A DNA stretch of 64,000 nucleotides. It comes from Calcarisporiella thermophila CBS 279.70. Its lineage: Eukaryota; Fungi; Calcarisporiellomycota. A program made the translations under genes and the position numbers. Location: contig NW_027192223.1 in assembly GCF_041956535.1 (NCBI RefSeq), positions 107,879 through 171,878 on the forward strand, written 5' to 3'. Numbering within the stretch: position 1 is the first letter of the stretch; each line of letters opens with the position of its first letter. The notes below the pieces were generated by a model that worked only from the letters and a program-made list of their open reading frames with translations, was not told the origin of the DNA and searched no databases. Positions 38,569 to 49,899 of the stretch are shown one piece after another.

Positions 38569-39252
38569 ATGAAAGCCTTAATCTGTTTGCTCGTTTTCAT
38601 CAAAGTTGTCATTGCCGCCCTCCCAAAAGGTATTGATGTTAGCAGCCACCAGCCCAACATTAACTGGCCGCAGGTAAAAGCAAATGGCATCGAGTTTGCA
38701 TACATAAAGGCGACGGAAGGAACAGGATACAAAAGCCCTCAATTTAATAGTCAGTACACTGGAGCCACAAAGGTCGGTCTTATTCGTGGTGCGTATCACT
38801 TTGCACGCCCCGATGTATAATCTGGAGCTGCCCAAGCCAATTTTTTTCTAGCTAACGGTGGTGGTTGGACTGGTGATGGTATTACACTTCCTGGCGCCCT
38901 CGATATGGAATACAATCCATATGACAGCAATAAGTGCTATGGCTTATCTCAAGCTGCGATGGTTCAATGGATCAGAGATTTCAGTAATACTTACAAATCA
39001 AGAACTGGTCGCCCCCCTGTTATCTACACTTCCACTTCTTGGTGGCAGCTGTGTACCGGAAACTACAATGGATTTGGCTCTGAGAATCCTTTATGGGTTG
39101 CACGTTACGCAAGCGCGCCAGGACAACTACCAGCTGGATGGAGTTTCTACAGCTTTTGGCAGTATTCTGATAATGCTTCACCCAATCCTGGCGATGCAGA
39201 TGTATGGAACGGCAGCAGCGCAAGCTTGAAAAAATTTGCAAGAGGCGGCTAA
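38569..39252 (+). pseudogene. Secreted GH25 (Chalaropsis-type) lysozyme/muramidase with one in-frame TAA at 38818-38820
   Basis: Signal peptide, GIDVSSHQ, FAYIKATEG, GAYHFARPDV*SGAAQANFF, LPGALDMEYNPY, PVIYT, LWVARY and FWQYSD all lie in one frame across a single stop. Confidence 0.88.
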
Positions 39253-40094
39253 CTTTAAATTCAAAGTTTATATTAGACTATGATAATCGAAACACGACCA
39301 CAATATTACTTCTCATATAATAGAATAAACTCATCATTTGATAATACTTCAAGCCCTAGTTTTAATAATAAACATTATACTCTTCCAATATCATTTTAAA
39401 AGCGCTGTAAACTATTATTCAAAGGATGAAATATTCTTAAAATTAATACAAACAAAGCTGGCTGGCAACATTAGGGTTTCAAGAGTTAGGGGCTTACACC
39501 CTTTAATCTATTAAGGCTTTAAACTGAACTTGAGTTTAACCCTAATCCCAGAATTAACTTTGTTCAAAGAACGCATAGCCCCTCTACCTCATCCATAGTA
39601 CTTCACTTTTACACCGCTTTATATTGCAAGGTGAGTTCGAAATGCAGAGCTGAAAATGGTTTGCCGATACTTGGCTAATTTGCAGCTGATCTTGCTACGA
39701 AGAATACTTAGACAATGCTATCCAGAATTAATGCAGCCGTATCTGTGAATCGCAAGACTGCTACTTGCTCACTTTCATTCATAATCCATACAGCATGTGT
39801 TGCGAAACCACCCCTGAGTACCTCCAACCATTTATTGTCATAATTAATACCGTTTTTGATGAGATACCAGAGGAGCCACAACTGCTGATTGTTCGTATAG
39901 CTGAAAACCCCCCCGTTAAAGGATCCCAAAATGTGCCGCCGGCATCGATATTGCAAAAATGGGTCACCCTCTATTCTTGTTTCGACTCTAATGTTAATAG
40001 CAAATCGAATAGAAATCGAAAACTACTAAATTGTAAACCCCAAATTTGGCTACCTGCAACCCGTTTATGTTTGTGATCCAACAATCTGCGAGTG

Positions 40095-40496
40095 CTAGCA
40101 ATGATGTGGTTGGAGTGCCGATGGTATCCCATTTCCTGACATCCCTCGATCTTGAAAGAAACTGCTCTGATTTATCTGGTGCTTTGATGGTTAACTGGAT
40201 CAAAAATTTCAGAAATGTTTACCACGTAAAAACAGGTCGCTATCCTGTCACCTACACCAACACTTCTTGGTGGAAGCAGTGTGCCGGGGACTCTGCGGCA
40301 TTTGCTAACGATCACCCCTTTATGGATTGCGCGTTATGCAAGCTTGGAAGGATATCTGCCAGCTGGATATATACCAGCTGGATGGCATTGCCGTACCTTC
40401 TGGCAGTATTCTGATAAAGTTACTCCCAATCCCGGCGGTGCAGATACTTTTAACGGCGACGCAAATGGGTTGGAACGATTTGCTAAAGGCTCTTAA
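40095..40496 (+). pseudogene. Second GH25 muramidase copy, 5'-truncated and frameshifted
   Basis: GWSADG, LDLE, WIKNFRNVYHVKTGRYPVTYTNTSWWKQC, then a frameshift, then LWIARY...FWQYSD...FAKGS*. The 3' flank resembles that of copy 1. Confidence 0.85.
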
Positions 40497-40559
40497 GTTC
40501 AGATTCAAGGTTTATTTTAAATATTGATAATCAAAATACAATCCCAATGTTACATCCCT

Positions 40560-40846
40560 GTAATTATAAATATAGCCGAAAACACTTTGTTAAGGTAACA
40601 TTCGTAGCTCCCAAATGCTATCGTTTCTACACAGTTGACGATGCCCCTCAAAGGATTATAGCAAGGTTCAAAGGAATAAACCATAGCGACATACTCTTAG
40701 AAAATGCAAAAGCAATAGAAAAGATCAAGGGAGGGAAAGCTGATGTGCAAGGGTTTTTCGATTACTATAATTCTGCTAACCCAGGAAGTTCACTGAGCAT
40801 CTTCGAAAAGCTCCTCGAGGAGAAGAAATCCCCACGAATGCATTGA
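40560..40846 (+). mobile_element. Fragment resembling the C-terminal part of a protein-primed family-B DNA polymerase (linear plasmid or Polinton-like relic)
   Basis: VTFVAPKCY (KxY motif) followed ~14 aa later by RFKGI, the spacing seen in pPolB enzymes. No upstream YxDTDS motif is visible. Confidence 0.45.
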
Positions 40847-42398
40847 AAAGATACAGCATAGCCTTTTCATTGATTCAACCATCTTATAATATGGTTTGAG
40901 ACTCAAGTATTTCACGCTATCCAACCTTTGGTTGAGCTGGAAACCCTCCGTTAATGGATCCTGAAGCGTGCACCCGCCTGTCCAACCGTACTACATTACG
41001 AGATTTGATCCAATATAGGCGTATATAATTGTTTTGTGTGAGAAAAAGGAGCTGGATTGCGAATCCCCTCTTATTTTCCTTGACCAAGGTGAGAAGGCCA
41101 ATCGCTCTCTCTTTGAGACGGATTAATCCCCAGACTTGACGGCATCGAATGGAAGTCTCCTAAGAGAAACATACCCGCTCGTGCGGAGAAGCGCCGATAC
41201 ACCCATCCACAGCCACGCATTCTATAAGTCGCTGGCTCTGCTTGGAGAGTAATATCATAGCTTTCTGATCCTTTCAAACACACGGCGCCTCCATACTTCA
41301 AACACAAATAAGAATATGGATTGCTTTCAAAATGGATAATCAGAAGAGAAGCCTCAGGCTAGCGAAAAGCACTTGATGAACTTGCGAAGGAGAGTCACAA
41401 CGGCACGGCCTTTGCATGTGGGAATCTATTTTTAGAGCTGAAGCCAGTGCTTCAGGCTATCCGTGATTAGCACACTGAGTATCCTGCTCCATTTGATTGC
41501 CGAAGGCCTTCTCTTTCCCAGCATCGGGTGTCCGAGTACAGAGTGGCAGCTCCTCAGTCTATGTTCCGCACGAAAGAATGGCGACGCTGGAGGAAACGTG
41601 GCAATGCCCTTGCACAAATTTGCAAGATATTTGCGATCACAATCCGCTAAGCATAGACGCAGAGACGGGGAAACCCCGAACCTGCTGCCCACGTTGGAGG
41701 GATGAATGGCCCGGACGTGCCGCACCCTGAAGGACCCTCGCCTCCCTTTTCACCATGAACGTGAGCGGCTAGCCGCGGTGCGGGCTCCTCACCTGAATAT
41801 CCGGGATCGACATGAGCGCATCGCCATACTGCTGCTGAGGCATGCGTCTGCGCGAGATTGGTTACCAAAAAGTAGTCGGCGAGGGCTCTCGAGAGCTAAA
41901 ACAGAGTAAAACTTGCGAATATGAAATTTGACGAGAGGGAAAGCACATGCCCTTGCAGTCCTCTCTGATTGGGAGCGGGGTCTATTTGGATCGCGGAGCT
42001 CTCTTAATCCGCTGTTCCACACGGCCGTTAATATGGATGTTTAAGAGAAACTACGGCCTTAAGAAAGGCGGAGTGTCAACCCGGTGCTAACCCGATTTCA
42101 ATTGGTCAGCCCAAAGACATTTTTGGCCTTATCAGGATATGTTAATACCACGAGCACCGCAGCCAGAGGACTAATCTATGTTATATAAGTTAGGGCCTTT
42201 CCGTTTTCTAATAATCGTTTCAGTGCTCACAACCCCCTCCACGCTTTCCCCCTTTCCCCCCTACGCTCAACGATAGAAGTGCGGCTGAGCATCACCGTTA
42301 GCCCTGATCCTGCTCTTATTCCTCCCCCGCACTTTTGCTCTAGTCCCTAGCTACCTCTATCTACCCTCCTCCCGCCGACTACATATCTAGGCTACACC

Positions 42399-43979
42399 AT
42401 GTATACCTATCTCTTTGCCATTGGTATCGTCGTGGCCATTGCCGATGCCTACGGTATCGGCGCCAACGATGTCGCTAACTCGTTTTCCACCTCCGTCGGA
42501 TCCCGCTCCATCACCCTCGCGCAGGCCTGCATCATCGCCATCTTCACCGAGTTCCTCGGAGCGGTCTTGCTGGGCGCTGGCGTCGCCGAGACCATCCGCG
42601 GAAACATCGTCAGCTATGCCGACTACAAGGCCGAGCCCGGAATCCTGATGCTTGGTATGGTCACGAGTATGATCGGGTCTGCATCCTGGGTCATCACCGC
42701 TTCCAACTTCGGATGGCCCGTCTCGACCACCCACTCCATCGTGGGCGCCATCATCGGGTTCGGTATTGCTGCTCGTGGAGCTGATTCAGTGGACTGGACT
42801 TGGAAGGGAGTTGGTAAAATCATTGCTTCCTGGTTCGTCTCTCCCGTTGCCGCTGGCATTGTTGCCGCCATTATCTTTGGCCTCACCCAATTCTTTGTGC
42901 TCCGCCACCCCAACTCGCTTCAGCGCGGTCTCCGGGCCATTCCCATCTACTTTTCCTTCGCCATGGCCATCAACATCTTCTATATTGTGTTCAAGGGTGC
43001 GCCAAACCTTAAGCTTGACCAACAACCCCTTGGCGCCGTCCTCGGAATCACGTTTGGTGTTGCCGTCTTCATCGGCGTCTTCTGCTGGTTCTTCTATGCT
43101 CACTGGCTGCGTCGTCGCCTGGTGTACAACGAGCAAACCCGCTGGTATCACGCCTTCGTCTCGCCCTTCATCGGCCCTCTGCCAAAGGTGCCCGAAGGCC
43201 AAACGGTCATCAACTACCAGCAACACCGCCTCGAGGACGAAGAGCAGCCCTCGGAGATGCTCGAAGATAAGGCCGTGGTTGACGGGAAATTGGCCGAAGA
43301 GCTTCCTGCGCCCGCCACGACTGAAGCGCCCAAGAGATCCTTCCTCGACGTGGCCCTTCACGGAGTTCGCCAAAACGTGGTCGATCACAACTCCGCTAAC
43401 CTCAAGGACATGCACGATGCCGCTATTAAATATGACGACCGCACCGAATACCTCTACTCGTTCCTCCAGGTCATCACCGCCTCCTTCGCCTCTTTCGCCC
43501 ACGGATCCAATGATGTTGCCAACGCGGTCGGTCCTTTCGCGACCGTGTACGATATTTGGTCTAGAAACGCCATCCCCGACGCAAAGGTCCCGGTCCCCAT
43601 CTGGATCCTCGTGATGGGGGGTGCAGCTATCGATCTTGGTTTGATCACGTTCGGCTATCGCGTTATGCGTACATTAGGAAACAACCTCACCTACCACTCG
43701 CCTTCTCGTGGCTTCTCAATGGAGTTGGGTACTTCGCTCACCGTCTTGACGTTCTCCAAGCTCTCGCTCCCTGTGTCTACCACCCACTGTATCACCGGTG
43801 CCACCACCGCCGTCGGTCTCATGAATGGCGAAGGCATCCGCACCCTCAACTGGCGTATGCTGTTGTGGTGTTTCTTCTCCTGGATCATCACCCTTCCCAT
43901 TGCCGGCGGTATCTCGGGTCTCCTCTTTGCTTTCGTTGCAAACTCACCCACGCTCGCCAGCTCAACTGCTCAGTACTAA
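42399..43979 (+). CDS. PHO89: PiT/PHO4-family Na+-phosphate symporter (Pho89-like)
   Basis: GIGANDVANSF, PVSTTHSIVG, HGSNDVANAVGP, PSRGFSMELG and PVSTTHC signatures. Intronless with a strong C-ending codon bias. Confidence 0.93.
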   Translation: MYTYLFAIGIVVAIADAYGIGANDVANSFSTSVGSRSITLAQACIIAIFTEFLGAVLLGAGVAETIRGNIVSYADYKAEPGILMLGMVTSMIGSASWVITASNFGWPVSTTHSIVGAIIGFGIAARGADSVDWTWKGVGKIIASWFVSPVAAGIVAAIIFGLTQFFVLRHPNSLQRGLRAIPIYFSFAMAINIFYIVFKGAPNLKLDQQPLGAVLGITFGVAVFIGVFCWFFYAHWLRRRLVYNEQTRWYHAFVSPFIGPLPKVPEGQTVINYQQHRLEDEEQPSEMLEDKAVVDGKLAEELPAPATTEAPKRSFLDVALHGVRQNVVDHNSANLKDMHDAAIKYDDRTEYLYSFLQVITASFASFAHGSNDVANAVGPFATVYDIWSRNAIPDAKVPVPIWILVMGGAAIDLGLITFGYRVMRTLGNNLTYHSPSRGFSMELGTSLTVLTFSKLSLPVSTTHCITGATTAVGLMNGEGIRTLNWRMLLWCFFSWIITLPIAGGISGLLFAFVANSPTLASSTAQY

Positions 43980-44370
43980 AAAGGCTCCTTTCGCTCAGTT
44001 TTCTGTATTTATACCCTCCTCCCCCCCCCCCCCCCCGAGCTTTCCTATTTATTGATGATAAGAAACTTATTTGATTAGTTTACCTTAATTTATCTCCATA
44101 ATCGACTATTTATATAAAGGATAGCATATTTATTACATTTTTGCTACATTTTTTTTGGGAACCTTGGTCCCTTAAATTTCGATCAATCACCGGCGGTGAT
44201 ATCATCACATGCACCAAAAAACGTGCACTAGTCAAGTGATGGATATGACTGTTCAATTTTAAAAATTAACTGTCGTTCCAGCTTCATTTCTCTCTCTCCA
44301 TTCACCATTTTTCTAACCCTCCTCTCTCGTCCTCTCTCTCTTAATCCAATCTTTCCTCCTTCTTTCTTTA

Positions 44371-46477
44371 ATGGCCCTAATTTACACTAGCCGGGAGTCA
44401 AGCGATGATCCTGAGAGGCAAGCCCTCCTAAATACATCCAAACCCGAACGCAAGGTAGGCTACAAGTGTTCTAATGTGTCAGCTCTTTTACTCAGCTCGA
44501 GCTCTTGTATTACCAGGCATTGAGCCGAATCAGCATTTCAATCCTCGGTGTGCTCATTTTTATTGCAACTGCCACTTTTGTCACTATTTATTACACCCAA
44601 TATCACATCGGTAATGCATCCTATTTTTTAAAAATAAGTGACATGTCGTATTATTCATGCTGTTCATTCACCATTTCCTGCAGCGCCCAAGCATAAGCAT
44701 AATGTCATCTTGCTCATTTCAGATGGGCATGGCCCGACTAGCCAGACCTATGGCCGCTACTTTTATCAACACATTAATGGATTACCTTATACAACTCAAC
44801 TCCCCCTCGACACAATTCTAGTTGGTACCTCTCGCACTCGCTCTTCATCCAGCTTAGTGACTGATTCGGCCGCAGGCGCAACCGCGTTCTCATGTGCGCT
44901 CAAGACCTATAATGGGGCTGTTGCAGGCAAGCTATTTTGATGTATCGTTAGCAATGTGTCTTTAATTACTAAACGAGATGAGTATAGTCGATCCCCAATC
45001 GCAACCCTGTGGAACCGTGCTTGAATCAGCCAAGGCTAACGGTTATCGCACTGGCCTTGTAGTCACCAGCCGTATTACGCATGCCACCCCTGCGGCCTTT
45101 TCCGCGCATGTCATCGATCGTAATATGGAAGATAAAATCGCTGAGCATCAGATTGGTGAGACACCACTAGGTCGGACAGTAGACCTTATGTTTGGGGGCG
45201 GGCTATGCTTCTTTCTGCCAAACAACTCGAGTGAGAGCTGCCGGAAGGATGACCGCGATCTTATTGCAGAAGCCCAGCATCGAGGCTTTAGTACCCTGAC
45301 CACTCGCGCCGATTTCGACACGGTCAACGTCAATGATACCAGGTAACCTAGCGGCATCCTACGTACAAATTATTATCATCTTTTTTACTGATCTTAATCA
45401 ATGCCTCTACAGCCTCCCTCTCATTGGTATTTTTGCTTTGGATGTAAGATTCCTGCTTTTATCCTCTATTGTTGAGCCCCAACCTTTATACATGTTTTTT
45501 TTTTTCATAGCACATGGCTTACGAAATAGACCGTCTCCCAGCTAAAGAGCCCTCGCTCTATGAAATGACGGCAAAGGCGCTTCAAATCCTCGACAAATCC
45601 ACGGCCGACTCGGATAAGGGTTTCTTTTTGATGATCGAGGGCAGCAAAATCGGTATTTAAATTGGCTTGAGCAATTTTACTCAGCCATAAATATCTAATC
45701 TTTTTTTTTTTTCCTTTTCTTCCAAGACCTCGCTGCCCACGCAAACGACCCTGCTGCTCAAGCTCATGACATTCTTATGTACAACGAAGTAATAGGGCTT
45801 GTCAAGACTTTTGCTGACACGCATCCTGGCACTTCGGTCATCTCCATCTCAGATCATGAAACGGGAGGTATGACCCTTGGGCGCCAACCAACCAAAGAAT
45901 ACCCAGAGTAAGCTACTACTGTTTCTTAAGCAAAACCAGGTCGAGATTCTAAATGCGTGATTTTTGAAATGCTAGATATATATGGTATCCCGAAGTGATT
46001 GCTCGGGTCAAGAATTCAACAGAGGTTCTCACGCAAGCTATCCTCAAGCATCGGGGCACTCCCTATTTTGCGGAATACGTGCGTAATACGATCGTTCGTG
46101 ATGGACTTGGAATCCAGGATCCTTCGGACGAAGAGCTTGAGGCGCTTATGGCTCCCGGCACCCGGTTCGAACTTGAAGACACCCTTGGGCGGATGGTGAG
46201 TAATCGTGCTTGGATCGGCTGGACCACCCATGGTCATACGGGCGTTGACGTGAACCTGTATGCATATGGAGCGGGAGCAGAGACTCTTAGAGGAAACCAT
46301 GAGAACACCGATATTGGTGAGTTTATCGCGCAGTATTTGGGGCTGAATTTGAACCAGATCACGCAACAGCTTCGGGTGGGAAACATGTCCTACATTTCTG
46401 AGGATACGGTGGGTCCGACTACGACCAAGAGCTCAGCTGCTGATCAGGGTCTAGACTATTACCACAGCCGTGTATAG
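44371..46477 (+). CDS. PHO8: Vacuolar alkaline phosphatase (Pho8-like), multi-exon
   Basis: N-terminal ERQALL dileucine signal and TM helix. NVILLISDG, VTDSAAGATA (catalytic Ser), THATPAAF, FFLMIEGSKI|DLAAHAND, SDHETGG and GHTGVDV. Confidence 0.93.
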
Positions 46478-47741
46478 AATATAAATCTGCTGTCTATTGT
46501 GCTTCCTTTGCTTTTCTACACTCTTCCTACTTTTGCCTGCACAACGCTTCCATGCTTTAACTATTATTTACAGAACTGTACTCTATTTTCTATTTACTCA
46601 CGTATTTTATGCTGAGTCCCTGAATTAAATACCTTCTTTGTCCTCAGTTCCCCCTCTGCTATTATTTTGCGCTTGTGGTCGGCATACATGGCCCTTTTCC
46701 CGCCAGTGTTCTCTCAAAATTATCCCCGAGAAATGGTGCAGCAAGAGGATTCGATAACGTCATTTTCAATCGAGTATCCCTCAAGAAGTCGGTCATTCTT
46801 CTTTCGCATAGCCAATGGGAATGAGTCGGTCAAGCATATCTAATAACTGCAGCCTATCTCCTTTTCATCAATGTTAAACGGATAATCCTTATTTCGAAGC
46901 GGATGGATGCAACATCTCCGCCCTCTTTTCCATATTTTCAGATAAGGCAAGCACAGCTTTTTAATTAGGATCACTCGTTACATTCATAATGACAATGGTA
47001 GTCCTATTGCCTTCTGCTGTTAGACTACATTATGGTTGTGACTCCTCTGGATCATTCCCAAAGCCTCCGCCCTATAATGATGTTTTAAAACGGGCGGTGT
47101 CAATAAGGTTTATTAAGCCGAAGACTGTGCCTTCGCCGTTCATACCAAGGACAAATTCGCTCCAATCTGCTTGGTTACCCAAAATATGTCTTGGCAAGTG
47201 CGTGACCTCAGCTTGCGTTGATACCGATTTGCATTAGAAGCAAAGCTCCGATCTTTGATCTCAAGGCCATCTGCACTAGTATATTGATCTTGGAATCTAT
47301 TAATATATATTGTATTTGGGGTTTATTCGGTTATCTTGGATAGCTATCGCTTAATAGAGAGGCCCCCTTAAACAAGACCTCTTTGCTTAACAATTGCCCG
47401 GCATAGCCACGTTTATAAAAACTCGAAACCTTGTAATTCAAAACGCTAATTGTACGCAAGAGCTTGTTGTACGAGGTAACCTCACGATATGATAAACTAG
47501 CGTACAAAAATGATGAGGGAGAAACCAAGAAAAAAAAAGGTTAAAATAAAGGCTGAATACAAAAACCTGGTATAAAAGGTTCAGTCAACTTTTTCACCTC
47601 TCTTTTAAATTCTATTTTATTTACTCCCTTTCTTCCCCTTCCTCTTTTGTTTTTTGGTCTTTCCTTCACTCCCAATCCTTTATTCCGATTCCTTAGATCC
47701 TTTAATCCTCCTCCTTCATTTTGTTTGGGGTTTGACATATC

Positions 47742-49454
47742 ATGGTTGCAATTCGTAACGCAGTTGCATTATTTTGCACCCTTTCGCTTCTTTTCTCGGC
47801 CACCCCAGTCGCTGCCAAGGAGCATGCCATTTCCCACCACGTCCACAGCCATACCCATGACCTTTCCCATGGCCACAGCCATGAGAAATCGCACAAGCAC
47901 CATAAGCATGGCCATCATGATCCCCATGGGGGTAAGGAGCTTAACCATGAGAAGTGGAAGGGCTACAAGATCCGGCTAAACAAGCCGAAGCTTTGCGACC
48001 CAAAGGTCAAGCAATACTCTGGATACGTCGACACTCCCGACAACAAGCATCTTTTCTTTTGGTTCTTTGAAGCTCGGCACAATCCTAAGAAGGCTCCCTT
48101 CACAGTCTGGCTCAACGGAGGCCCTGGTTGCTCGAGCATGATCGGTCTCTTTGAGGAGCTCGGCCCCTGCAGGGTAAACGAGCACGGCGAGGCGAAAGTG
48201 AATAAGCACTCATGGAATGAGGCCTCTAACATTCTGTTCCTCGACCAACCTGCCGCAGTTGGATTCAGCTACGGGACATCGGACGTGAACACTACCCCCA
48301 AAGCAGGCAAGGACGTGTATGCCTTCCTGCAGATCTTCTTCGAGCACTTCAAGGAGTACCGCCACCTGCCGTTCCACTTCTTCGGCGAGAGTTACGGAGG
48401 GCACTATATCCCCAACTTCTCGCGCATCATCGTGGAAAATAACAAGAAGATCAAACAAGGCAAGGCTGAAGGGCACATCATCAACATCAAGAGTGCCGGA
48501 GTGGGCAATGGGTGGACAAAGGGGCTTGTCCAGTACAAGTACTATCCGATATACGCATGCAATAATGACTATGGACCGGTCCTTGACAAGGAAACCTGCA
48601 AGAAGAGTCTCGAGGATTACGAAACAAAGTGCAAGCCCAAGCTGCAACAGTGTCTCAAGAATCCTAAGGATCTCAAAACGTGTGTCGAAGCTGAGGATAT
48701 CTGTCAGGAGGTCACCTTCGGCCCCTTCTATGAAAAGAGCGATCGCAACTATTATGACATTCGTGAGCCCCGCAATTGGACGTGAGTACCCTAGATTCAC
48801 CTCCTTCCTTCTGTAGAGTGCTTCTTAACTCTCGTAATGCGTTTTATAGCATCCCCAACCAATGGGAAACAATATACCTCCAGAACGATAAGATCAAGCA
48901 AGCGCTAGGTGTGGATCCCAAACTCCAATACCAGAGCTGTAACGACAAGATCAATGAGAACTTTTACAATCAAGCCGATCACGACTTGAATTTCGACCAA
49001 CACATCGGCTATCTCCTCGATAACGATGTTCGCGTACTTTTGTATGCCGGGACGGCAGACTTCATCGTAAGTTTTTATTGATGTTTTTCTATTTGAGAGT
49101 GTTCACTTTGCTTATCTTTCCTCTTATATTTCTTAGTGCAACACCTTAGGCTTTAGTGCCATGGCCGACCAGATTAAATGGAAGGGAGGTAAGGGCTATA
49201 AAAAAGCCAAGTTCCACCCCTGGCGTGTGGATGGCCATGGCCATGTAGTCGGAGAAGCTAAGCACTATAAGAACCTGGTCTATGCAACAATAAAGGACGC
49301 CGGCCACGAGGTAAGCAAGTTATACTATTCTACTATTAGATTCGTCGCTCCTCTAACACTCTTTTCTAAACTGTAGGTCCCCTACTACAAGCCGAAAGAA
49401 TCCCTTTACATGTTCAAGCGCTGGATCAATGATAAGCCTTTCTATCAACACTAG
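47742..49454 (+). CDS. Serine carboxypeptidase S10 (CPY-like) with His-rich N-terminal region
   Basis: Signal peptide, QYSGY, WLNGGPGCSS, GESYGG (Ser), YAGTADFI|CN (Asp) and DAGHE|VP (His). Three introns. Confidence 0.93.
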
Positions 49455-49757
49455 CTCTTTCAAAATAATAGTATATAAGCTAATGTAAACTAATCCCCTT
49501 TGACAGTGGATCTACCTCTCTAATAATTCCCGTTTTTGGTGTATTATCATATAGTAATTTCTTACTGGCTGACTAGATGTGTAGCTTAATCCTATCTCCT
49601 ATTATTTATTGAAAACTTTCTATATATCAACCTTGAATAAAAAAACAATATATTAAAAAAGGTATCCATCCCAATCTGTGTTCAAGAGACTACGGACTTT
49701 TCGTTATTTTGAAGTAAACTGGTTTTCTATCGTTCTTATGCAACGACTGCACTGGAG

Positions 49758-49792
49758 CTGAAATGTCTGAAATAACTGAAATGTCTGAAATG
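49758..49792. repeat. Four CTGAAAT units at 9-bp period upstream of POM152
   Basis: ctgaaatgt ctgaaataa ctgaaatgt ctgaaatg. Confidence 0.8.
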
Positions 49793-49899
49793 CAATACGC
49801 CACCATAAAACAAAAGAATTATGGCCACCTAGGTACACACTTAGGAATTAGATCGTTTCGCGATCAGAACTAAGTAAAGTATCGCATTTGAATCGTTTC

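Noticed and set aside
38818-38820. Alternative genetic code (TAA reassigned)
   Set aside because: TAA terminates several intact neighbouring genes normally (e.g. PHO89, RML2).
38815-38827. GT...AG around the GH25 stop as a micro-intron
   Set aside because: Only 13 nt, far below the local intron size, and it would shift the frame.
42766-43614. Long overlapping ORFs in other frames of PHO89 (similar cases in the PPR, CPY and POM152 genes)
   Set aside because: Expected from GC-rich, codon-biased coding DNA; no motifs.
44021-44036. Long C homopolymers (also ~35812 and ~57834)
   Set aside because: Simple repeats with no further evidence of function.
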